From assembly GCA_043739185.1 (NCBI GenBank), contig JAYUEN010000311.1, forward strand, positions 1 through 13,175: a stretch of DNA of 13,175 nucleotides, written 5' to 3'. The notes under the pieces are model-generated. The model saw only the letters and a list, made by a program, of their open reading frames with translations, was not told the origin of the DNA and made no database searches. Both the position numbers and the translations under genes were made by a program. Source of the DNA: Bdellovibrionales bacterium. GTDB lineage: Bacteria; Bdellovibrionota; Bdellovibrionia; Bdellovibrionales; JAMPXM01. Below, piece by piece: positions 1-7,274 of this stretch (position 1 is its first letter; every line of letters starts with the position of its first letter).

Positions 1-827
1 ATAGCCGTAAAGCCAATATTTCCTCAAAAGATTTTAATGATTTGAATATGTGTCTTGATATCGCTATTGCTTCAGCCGTTTCAGAGTTTCAGTTTCGCAG
101 TGTTCAAGCCAGTGAAGAGCGAGAAGTTCAGCATTTGGGAACTCTTGCTCATGAATTGAGAAACGCGCTTTCGAGCGCCACGGTTGCGGCCGAGATGATT
201 AAGGAAGGACTCGTTGGCACTGGCGGCAGTACGGCAAGAGTACTTCGAGCGAACTTGATAAGAATGCGTGATTTAATTGATCGCTCGTTATCTGAAGTGC
301 GTATGCGAGCTGATCCCGAAGTTTTAATTGAAAAATTTGAACTACATATATTAATTGATCAAATTTTTTTGACGGCCCAAAGTGAAATTCAATTAAAATC
401 TCAAATTTTAACCAGCGAAGTTAAGTCCAATATCGTATTAGAAACCGATCGTCAGCTTCTCTTGTCGGCTATCGCAAACCTGATCCAGAATGCTTTGAAG
501 TTTACTAAACAAAGTGGAAAAATTGTTTTACGAGCTAGCGAATCAGTTGCGAATGTGATCATCGAAATTGAGGACCAATGTGGCGGTCTACAGCCTGCAG
601 TAATGAAAAATCTCTTTAAACCCTTTGTCTCAGGAGGCATTGATCAAAGTGGCCTTGGTTTAGGGCTTACAATTGTGCAGCGGGCAGTTCATTTATTGCA
701 GGGTAAAGTCACAATTCGCAATCAGCCCGGCAGTGGCTGTGCTTTTCTGATCGAAATTCCAAGAAAAATTGAGCCGAATACCCAAAACCTTATGGTATCG
801 GGAAAAGAATCTGTTCAACCCAAGTAG
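1..827 (+). CDS. Sensor histidine kinase (HisKA + HATPase_c), 5'-truncated by window edge; no TM segment in the visible part
   Basis: Frame is open from position 3 (SRKANISSKDFNDLNMCLDIAIASAVSEF), so the TTG at 42 is not the true start. H-box LAHELRNAL, N-box IANLIQNALKFT, G1 EDQCGGL, F-box LFKPF and G2 GLGLGL are all present. The upstream 'LNxCLDxAIAxAVxEF' helix resembles the end of an RsbRD_N-type domain. Confidence 0.93.
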   Translation, partial: SRKANISSKDFNDLNMCLDIAIASAVSEFQFRSVQASEEREVQHLGTLAHELRNALSSATVAAEMIKEGLVGTGGSTARVLRANLIRMRDLIDRSLSEVRMRADPEVLIEKFELHILIDQIFLTAQSEIQLKSQILTSEVKSNIVLETDRQLLLSAIANLIQNALKFTKQSGKIVLRASESVANVIIEIEDQCGGLQPAVMKNLFKPFVSGGIDQSGLGLGLTIVQRAVHLLQGKVTIRNQPGSGCAFLIEIPRKIEPNTQNLMVSGKESVQPK

Positions 828-841
828 CGTAAGACAGATTT

Positions 842-1216
842 TTGTTTCAGCAAATATTGGTTCATTTTCCGAAAGAGACACATTTTCAAAAGTTACACGA
901 GACGATTTATCGCGATTTTGCGGGACTCTATAAGGTGGTTAAGGTTTTTAAATCGACAATAATTAAAAACGATTCAATTATAAAAGTTTGGAAAAAACCG
1001 GCAATAGATGAGTATTTGATTGAACTCGAGCATGAAAAGGGGACAGTTAAATCGCCCATTCAAGCATTTTATGCTTCTCACTTCGAAGTGAAAGATAATG
1101 AACATATTATTTTGTTCTTAGATGATAATGCGAATTTCAAAGAAGTCTTTGTTTTTGCCGGCCAGGAGGGCTTGAGCGCTTCGGGGGAGCTTATAAAATT
1201 ATTGAATAAAAAATAG
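842..1216 (+). CDS. Hypothetical protein (start uncertain)
   Basis: 124-codon ORF filling the gap between co-oriented genes. TTG start with no clear RBS and no recognisable motif. Confidence 0.5.
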   Translation: MFQQILVHFPKETHFQKLHETIYRDFAGLYKVVKVFKSTIIKNDSIIKVWKKPAIDEYLIELEHEKGTVKSPIQAFYASHFEVKDNEHIILFLDDNANFKEVFVFAGQEGLSASGELIKLLNKK

Positions 1217-1228
1217 TTTAAATAAACT

Positions 1229-1278
1229 TCAAAGCTAAGCTTTGACGATTGACGCCTCAATTCCGATTCCGATAGCAT
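1229..1278 (+). promoter_or_regulatory. Putative sigma70 promoter (TTGACG-N18-TAGCAT) preceded by perfect inverted repeat TCAAAGCT-A-AGCTTTGA
   Basis: IR at 1229-1245, -35 at 1249-1254, -10 at 1273-1278. The ATG at 1285 lies 7 nt past the -10. Confidence 0.4.
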
Positions 1279-1284
1279 TTGTTA

Positions 1285-2157
1285 ATGTTACGCTTTTTTT
1301 TACCAGTTTATTTCGTCCTAGCTTGGTTGGGTGTGCTTTTCGTTTGGGCGAAACTTCAGCCCTTTCAGCGTTTTGATTATATTTCATTTAAACAATATAT
1401 TTTTGGCTCATATCTGATTGTTTCGGCCGCAATCTATTACGTATTTCTAGCGATAGACCTAATTTTTAAACTGCAGTGGCCAACAAGTAAAGTGGCACTT
1501 GTCAATTACGGAACCTCGTTCATTATTGTGGTGGCCCTAATTGGATACAATGAGTTTATTGGTATTTTTCAGCGAAAAAGTTTAGCTGCGGAATTTATTG
1601 TAAGCTTGAATGAAAAACAGGCTGGGTTTGTGATGTGGGCTCAAAAGAATTTCATTCAGGCGCCGAGAACAAGGACTTTGAAAGAGTTGAACGACTTTAT
1701 GCAGTCCGATTTTCAAGTCAATGTAAGTGCATTATGTGATGGTGAAGAGTCTCTTTTTGCTTTGGCTACTGTGTGTAATAATAGCTGCACCGAGTTTTAT
1801 ATTCGAATTCAAGAAGTTGAGAAAATGCTAGATGCACCACCGAGTCTTGAAATTAACCCTTATGATAATCGCAAGCGCCCCAAGATTTCTGATTTATGGG
1901 CCTCCGAGAAAATGGACTCATCCCAAGTTTCGAATTTCTCGTTTAAAGAACAGCTAGAGAAATTGGGAAAGAAGGCACAATGCGAGACTGCCTCTAGCGA
2001 TCAATTCGTCAAAATCAAATTGGCATCAGAAGAAAAAGATCTGCGATTTCTTTTGGGGGCAAAAAGCGGGAGATCCTACTGGTTGATTGGGCACCGGATT
2101 TATATAGCCAATCATGAAGGCCTGCCCATCGGTGCATTTAATTTGATCCCATACTGA
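1285..2157 (+). CDS. Hypothetical membrane protein (about 3 N-terminal TM helices plus soluble domain)
   Basis: Long ORF (TTG 1279 or ATG 1285). Three hydrophobic stretches in the first ~95 aa, then a hydrophilic domain with 4 Cys including CNNSC. Confidence 0.75.
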   Translation: MLRFFLPVYFVLAWLGVLFVWAKLQPFQRFDYISFKQYIFGSYLIVSAAIYYVFLAIDLIFKLQWPTSKVALVNYGTSFIIVVALIGYNEFIGIFQRKSLAAEFIVSLNEKQAGFVMWAQKNFIQAPRTRTLKELNDFMQSDFQVNVSALCDGEESLFALATVCNNSCTEFYIRIQEVEKMLDAPPSLEINPYDNRKRPKISDLWASEKMDSSQVSNFSFKEQLEKLGKKAQCETASSDQFVKIKLASEEKDLRFLLGAKSGRSYWLIGHRIYIANHEGLPIGAFNLIPY

Positions 2158-2255
2158 AATCTTTTGTGACGAGCATGCCAAAAAACCATGACTGTGCCGC
2201 GGAAAGTATGCGCTCTTCTTGCCAACGTAAGGCCGCATGATAACATATTTTCAAT

Positions 2256-3413
2256 ATGAAATACTTAATCATCATTGGAGTTTTCTTGGGGCTATTTAGT
2301 AAAATTGCTAGCGCAAAAGCGATCGAGAGATTGCCGTGGAACAAATTTGCGATGAATTTAGAGCAGGACCAACCCGCGAATAAAAGCGCGATTGTTTCTG
2401 GGCTTTCGATATGGATTGCCCTAGCGATGCTAGAGTCAGGTGCCGAGAACCAAACGAAACAAGAATTGCGCGAAGTCTTAGATCTTAAAGATTTTAAGCC
2501 AGACGAAATCGAAACTAAACTAAAAGTGTTTACGTCCTCCAAAGAGTTTGAACTATCGATTGCCAATAGTATGTGGCCGAGCAGCAAGCATAGCTATCAT
2601 AAGGAGTATATCGCCGAAATCGAGAAATATTTCAAAGGAGAGCTCCATTCGCTCAACTACGCGAATGACCCCGAAGCTGCACGAAAAGAAGTGAATAGTT
2701 GGGTTGAGAAAAAAACCAACTCAAAGATCAAAGAGATTCTCGCTCCAGGTAAAGTTACAACCAAGACTTTGCTTCTTATTGCCAATGCAATTTACTTCAA
2801 AGCTAAATGGCTTGCGCCGTTCAGTGCCCTTTTCAGCAAAGAGGCTGCTTTTCACACCTCCGAAGGATCGACGCGCAAAGTTTTGATGATGAATCAGACT
2901 CAATACCACCCCTACTACGAGGACAAAGAAGTACAGGCCTTGCGCATGGATTACCAGGGGGGCGAAGTATGTTTTCTCGCGGTTCTCCCGCGCCCAAGTG
3001 TGAAAATGTCGCACGCGGACTTTGATAAATTAGAGACGATATTAGAAAGTTTAAAGGAACAAAATGTCGAAGTTAGTATTCCACGTTTTAAAATCGAGGC
3101 GGAGTTGGTGGGGCTCTCCTCTCGTTTGCAAAAACTTGGTATCAAGCGGCTCTTTGATCCGGGTCAAGCCGAACTCGGAAAGATAATGGCTCCAACAAAA
3201 GAGATTCTCTATGTTTCAGACATAATTCATAAGGCCTTCATTGAGGTAGATGAAGCGGGAACCGAAGCTGCGGCCGCGACAGTTTCCGAAATGAGGGCGA
3301 CCGGCGCGCCACCTCTAGAGAAGAAAAAAGTCTTTCGCGCAGACCGACCCTTTCGATTTTATGTTATTCATAAAAATACCAATAGCGTGCTGTTCTCTGG
3401 GCAGTACTTTTAA
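2256..3413 (+). CDS. Secreted serpin (serine protease inhibitor)
   Basis: N-terminal signal peptide; motifs SIWIALAM, NSWVEKKTNSKI, ANAIYFKAKW, VSIPRFKIE, hinge HKAFIEVDEAGTEAAAAT and serpin signature FRADRPF. Confidence 0.97.
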   Translation: MKYLIIIGVFLGLFSKIASAKAIERLPWNKFAMNLEQDQPANKSAIVSGLSIWIALAMLESGAENQTKQELREVLDLKDFKPDEIETKLKVFTSSKEFELSIANSMWPSSKHSYHKEYIAEIEKYFKGELHSLNYANDPEAARKEVNSWVEKKTNSKIKEILAPGKVTTKTLLLIANAIYFKAKWLAPFSALFSKEAAFHTSEGSTRKVLMMNQTQYHPYYEDKEVQALRMDYQGGEVCFLAVLPRPSVKMSHADFDKLETILESLKEQNVEVSIPRFKIEAELVGLSSRLQKLGIKRLFDPGQAELGKIMAPTKEILYVSDIIHKAFIEVDEAGTEAAAATVSEMRATGAPPLEKKKVFRADRPFRFYVIHKNTNSVLFSGQYF

Positions 3414-3457
3414 AAACTCAATTGCTGACGGCTATAATAGCTCTCCGTTTGCCACGG

Positions 3458-3501
3458 CCCGAAAAAGAGGCGGCGAAAAAGGCATTTGATTTCGGGTTTT
3501 T
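3458..3501 (+). terminator. Possible intrinsic terminator after the serpin
   Basis: CCCGAAA (3458-3464) pairs with TTTCGGG (3490-3496) and is followed by a T run, but the 25-nt loop is atypically large. Confidence 0.25.
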
Positions 3502-3538
3502 ACTGCGTTGAATTACGAAATCCTAGGTGGCACCCATT

Positions 3539-4024
3539 TTACTCGGCCAGCAGGCTTCTCAGCATCCAAGCAGTTTTCTCATGTAACTGCATCCGCTGTG
3601 TAAGCAAATCCGCCGTCACTTCATCATGAGCTGACTCAACCACTGAAAAAATAGACCTTGCAGTTCTAACTACGGCTTCTTGACCAGCAACGAGCTGATG
3701 AATCATCTCTTTGGCGTTAGGAATACTTGTGGGTTCTTTGATTGTGGTAAGCTTTGCAAACTCATGATAGGTGCCTGGTGCTGGCAATCCGAGTGCGCGA
3801 ATACGTTCTGCAATTAAATCTACCGCAAGAGCAAGTTCACTGTATTGAGTTTCAAACATAAGATGCAAAGTTTGAAACATCGGCCCGGTCACATTCCAAT
3901 GAAAATTGTGAGTTTTTAAATAAAGGGTATAAGAATCTGCTAGGAGTCTCGAGAGGCCATCAGCAATTTTTTTTCGATCTTCAGTAGGAATGCCAATATC
4001 TATTGTAGTTAAATCATTTTTCAT
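3539..4024 (-). CDS. dps: Dps family DNA starvation/stationary-phase protection protein (mini-ferritin)
   Basis: [43 protein letters not shown] and HEKTAWML, with ferroxidase His/Asp/Glu present. ATG at 4024 is preceded by a GGAG RBS (161 aa). Confidence 0.97.
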   Translation of the reverse strand: MKNDLTTIDIGIPTEDRKKIADGLSRLLADSYTLYLKTHNFHWNVTGPMFQTLHLMFETQYSELALAVDLIAERIRALGLPAPGTYHEFAKLTTIKEPTSIPNAKEMIHQLVAGQEAVVRTARSIFSVVESAHDEVTADLLTQRMQLHEKTAWMLRSLLAE

Positions 4025-4047
4025 AAAATCTCCGACTTTTAAAAAAC

Positions 4048-4078
4048 AGTATAGATTTTCGCGATTAGGATTCGTCAA
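4048..4078 (-). promoter_or_regulatory. Putative dps promoter TTGACG-N19-TATACT
   Basis: Near-consensus -35 (4078-4073) and -10 (4053-4048) on the minus strand, 23 nt upstream of the dps ATG. Confidence 0.55.
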
Positions 4079-4271
4079 TCACTATATATTATCCATTTTG
4101 CATAATGGCAGCAGAAATTTAAAGGACTATGAGGACAAAATTTAGTCTGGACCTATCGAAAAGTCCTGCACGTAATTTAATTTTTTAATAACTCTCTCAA
4201 TAACAAAGGATTTTTTCTCATAGGTTGGCAATTCTTTTGGTCTAACTAATATCCAATTGGCGCCTTATCAA

Positions 4272-4314
4272 TTGAGAATATCGTAAGTAACGTATAGAAT
4301 CTTAACTTAAGATT
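4272..4314 (+). promoter_or_regulatory. Putative sigma70 promoter TTGAGA-N17-TAGAAT with overlapping palindrome AATCTTAA-C-TTAAGATT
   Basis: -35 at 4272-4277 and -10 at 4295-4300. Perfect 8-1-8 inverted repeat at 4298-4314 covers the predicted TSS. Confidence 0.55.
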
Positions 4315-4324
4315 AACATTTAAT

Positions 4325-4753
4325 ATGAACTGGAATTGGCAAGTGGATGTAAAAGATTTTATGACAAGTAATGTAGTAACGGTAACTCTGAAAATGACGG
4401 TTCGAGAAGCAATTATAATGCTCACAACAAGCAAAATTAGTGGAGCGCCAGTGGTGGATTTGGCTAATAAGGTTGTCAGTGTTGTTAGTGAAGGTAGCCT
4501 GTTAAAACTAGCAGCTGCAAAAAAATTAGATAAATCAATCGAAAGCTGTCTTAGTCTTTTGCCTAAAGAAAGCAAGCTTGTCACTCTCTCAACTAAAAGT
4601 ACATTTATTGATGTGTATAGACTATTTCTCGCGAGCCCAGTTCATCGAATAATTGTAGCTGATGCGAATGGCCATTTACAGGGTATTGTTTCGAGAAGTA
4701 ATATCTTGCGCATTATTGTTAATACAAAGGCTCCGGCTAGTGCAGCCTCGTAA
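4325..4753 (+). CDS. Stand-alone CBS-pair (Bateman) domain protein
   Basis: VKDFMTSNVVTV, ISGAPVVD..VVSVVSEGSL and VHRIIVAD..LQGIVSRSNIL. In-frame GTG at 4343 is an alternative start. Confidence 0.92.
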   Translation: MNWNWQVDVKDFMTSNVVTVTLKMTVREAIIMLTTSKISGAPVVDLANKVVSVVSEGSLLKLAAAKKLDKSIESCLSLLPKESKLVTLSTKSTFIDVYRLFLASPVHRIIVADANGHLQGIVSRSNILRIIVNTKAPASAAS

Positions 4754-4770
4754 ATAAGTTAGTCTTGTTC

Positions 4771-6075
4771 TCATCTTAACTTTGATGAATGCTCAAGCAT
4801 CCTTTGCCAATAGCTTGAAACATCTAATTTCACATTCAGACTTTTTAAAACAGAATATATTCCGCCCAATTTTCGATGAAGAAAGACTAGACTGTAAGGG
4901 GGAGGGCTGTAAACTAATTCTTCAGTCAAGATTTTAGCAGCAGTCTGAGAGTCTAGACTGTGATCTAGGTCAGAAAAATCAAATTTATTTTGGTCAGATT
5001 GAGAAGTAAAAAATGGTCGAATGGCAGTTTTTAGCATTTGCTCTAAGGCAGCAAAAGCAGGTTTTGACTCGCGCTCATCTATCAAGCCAAATTGAATTGC
5101 ATGAGTTTTCAATGCAGTCGAATCACCTTCGGCAGCAAAATGCAGTAGCTGTGTGTAGTCGCGAATGAAGCTGTCAGAATATCTTCGAGTGGCGCCAAAA
5201 TCTAACAGAACCAAAACTGGCTGCGGGCCTGTTTCTCGGATCAAGAAATTTGCTAAATTGGGATCGGTTTGGACAAGACCCCATGAGAAAAATTCATGAA
5301 AGTAGAGATCTAAAACTGAGTGAGCTAAAGCTTCGCGATTTGCAATTTCGGGCTTTGTGGCAATCCAAGACTTCAGTGTGAGGCCGGACTCATAATTCAT
5401 TGCTAACACGTGCGCAGTTGAAATTTCATCAAAGACCTCAGGCACGTGGTATTTGAAGCCGCTTTGCGAATCGATCTTTTTAATTAGAGATGCGTATTCT
5501 TTTTGAAAATTCGCCTCACAAAGATAATCGACCTCCTGGTGCAGAATTGTTTGGAACTCCTGAAACAAAGATTCAAGTTTCATTTGTCGGCCCGTCATTT
5601 GACAATAAGTCGACGCAATTGTTTTTAATATTTTCAAATCAGAATCAATCGAGTCCGAAACTCCAGGATATTGCACTTTCAGAACTATTTCTCGGCCTTG
5701 ATAATGGGCCCGGTGCACTTGTCCGATACTGGCAATGCCGATTGGGTTTGCGGAAAGTCGCTCAATTTTGCTCAGCTTAGCTGTGCCGAGTTCATGATTG
5801 AGAATCGCTTCGATTTGCGCAAAAGGCTGAGCGGTGGCAGCATTTTGCAATTGGCTTAAAACCTCGATAGCTTCGGGTGGGAAATAATCGCTAAGATCTA
5901 AGCTCAGAAGTTGTCCAGCTTTCATGGCGGCACCCTTTAGGCGCGAAAGACTATTGGCGATCAAGACGGCTTGCTCCAAACGTGATTTCAGATTTCCTGA
6001 GCGGAGCTCTTTGACACCAACTCGTGCCGCCAATTTTGCCAATTCAACTGAACGGCTAAAGGTAGATGATTTCAC
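4771..6075 (-). CDS. ABC1/UbiB/AarF family atypical kinase, COQ8-like
   Basis: KxGQ motif (GAAMKAGQLLS), ASIGQVH loop, VLKVQYPG, QEVDY..EA, QTDPNLANF, LLDFGA and C-terminal PPPYSLVFLHRKLGG resembling COQ8/ADCK3. GTG start with GGTGG RBS. Confidence 0.95.
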   Translation of the reverse strand: MKSSTFSRSVELAKLAARVGVKELRSGNLKSRLEQAVLIANSLSRLKGAAMKAGQLLSLDLSDYFPPEAIEVLSQLQNAATAQPFAQIEAILNHELGTAKLSKIERLSANPIGIASIGQVHRAHYQGREIVLKVQYPGVSDSIDSDLKILKTIASTYCQMTGRQMKLESLFQEFQTILHQEVDYLCEANFQKEYASLIKKIDSQSGFKYHVPEVFDEISTAHVLAMNYESGLTLKSWIATKPEIANREALAHSVLDLYFHEFFSWGLVQTDPNLANFLIRETGPQPVLVLLDFGATRRYSDSFIRDYTQLLHFAAEGDSTALKTHAIQFGLIDERESKPAFAALEQMLKTAIRPFFTSQSDQNKFDFSDLDHSLDSQTAAKILTEELVYSPPPYSLVFLHRKLGGIYSVLKSLNVKLDVSSYWQRMLEHSSKLR

Positions 6076-6114
6076 TAAATTGCCACCAGTCTATGAAACG
6101 TATGCCGCACCAAC

Positions 6115-6795
6115 TCAATAGCTGAGGGCTTGAACTCGCTTCATTATATAAAGAGTTTTAGCTGACTTTCCCTCTTGCTCGCCATAAGTAATGCGCAAAT
6201 CAGGGTCATCAAAGACCTCAATCAATACGCCTTTAATTCCAACAGGTGGCAAAAATTTTGGAAACTCTAAAAGACAAAGCTTTCCCTCTTCTTTCAGTGC
6301 TGGCAGGTCGGCAAGAGTATAAGGCTTAGGAACAGCCTCAAGAAGAATGCCGCTTTGCTTAAATTGCACTCCGATTTTCTCCTGGGAAACAGAGTACTGA
6401 CCTTTTAGTAAACCAATAAGATGAAGGCCCAAGAAATCATAGATTCCGACATTGGTATAAAATCCCGTTTTCGAAATCACCTGATAAATATTATTTGGAT
6501 CAAGGCCAGAAGGCGCAGCACCGCTATTGTTGTATGAATAGGGTCCCCATATTTGCTTCCATGCGCCGACAGCTGCGACAGCCTTCTCTTGCATGGTTTT
6601 TGGAGCCGAAAGAGCTAGCAGTTCTGCAATTAGCGGCTCAAAACTTTTCGCTTTGGAGCCGTCAGGATCAGATTGGCCCGAATACGATGCTGCAAGCTCG
6701 AGAATCTGAGACTTAAGAGCTTGCAAATCTTGAGCGGGAGCACTGATTGTTCCCAATAGCGTCAGAACGAATATCGATTGTTTTATAAGTTTCAT
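6115..6795 (-). CDS. Secreted protein with probable PAP/fibrillin (lipocalin-like) domain
   Basis: Sec signal (..GTISAPA-Q). Ordered fibrillin-like motifs LKSQILEL, LIAELLAL, GAWKQIW, IYQVI..YTN, VFDDPDLRITYG and LYIMKR. Coupled to the upstream gene by a TAATG overlap. Family call is by eye. Confidence 0.65.
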   Translation of the reverse strand: MKLIKQSIFVLTLLGTISAPAQDLQALKSQILELAASYSGQSDPDGSKAKSFEPLIAELLALSAPKTMQEKAVAAVGAWKQIWGPYSYNNSGAAPSGLDPNNIYQVISKTGFYTNVGIYDFLGLHLIGLLKGQYSVSQEKIGVQFKQSGILLEAVPKPYTLADLPALKEEGKLCLLEFPKFLPPVGIKGVLIEVFDDPDLRITYGEQEGKSAKTLYIMKRVQALSY

Positions 6796-7274
6796 TATAG
6801 CCCCTTCATTTTATTTTTTATGAAAACAATTACCGATCTCAGAATTGGTATGCGCTCATAGATGAATTCACCCAAATCAAAGTAGTCTCGGTGAAAAATC
6901 ACTTTGCCTTCTTTGCCGCCGAATGTGATGAGTGAAACCCCATCTAGAGTAACTTCTTGACCAGAATTCAAGGAAGGAGATTTTAGATACATGCGCCATT
7001 CAAGAGTCACAAGGTCTTCGGCCTCTGAGGTTCTCTTATACTCAAAACGAATTGATTCTACATTTTTGTAAAGCCCGCTGTAATACTCTCGAATGGCTTT
7101 CGTTCCTGTGATTTTATGAAGGGGATCCTGAAAGACCGCATTCTGATCATAAAACTCTTCAACAATATTCATGTGGTCTTTATCTAAGTGATCAAAGGCG
7201 TTTTTTGCCTTTTGTAAATTAGATGCCATAGACAACTCTCCGATCATTAAAAGTAGACTTATTAATTTAATCAT
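6795..7274 (-). CDS. SnoaL-like/NTF2 family protein
   Basis: FYDQNAVFQDPLHKITG, LEWRM, DGVS, GKVIFHRDYFDLGEFIYERIPIL, typical of the SnoaL proteins in photo-oxidative stress clusters. Start is either 7274 (overlapping the regulator stop) or 7229 (GGAGAG RBS). Confidence 0.9.
   Translation of the reverse strand: MIKLISLLLMIGELSMASNLQKAKNAFDHLDKDHMNIVEEFYDQNAVFQDPLHKITGTKAIREYYSGLYKNVESIRFEYKRTSEAEDLVTLEWRMYLKSPSLNSGQEVTLDGVSLITFGGKEGKVIFHRDYFDLGEFIYERIPILRSVIVFIKNKMKGL

Noticed and set aside
3414..3538. Possible c-di-GMP-I riboswitch or sRNA (GGCAAAC on the minus strand; TATAAT at 3433)
   Set aside because: No GNRA-capped stem or downstream GACGCAAA element, the site is between convergent genes, and there is no matching -35.
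4025..4078. Extended Dps N-terminus from TTG 4078
   Set aside because: That TTG is the predicted -35 box; ATG 4024 has a GGAG RBS and gives a normal Dps length.
4051..4087. Full OxyR box upstream of dps
   Set aside because: Only the first ATAG-N7-CGAT half matches; the remaining tetrads do not fit the four-tetrad spacing.
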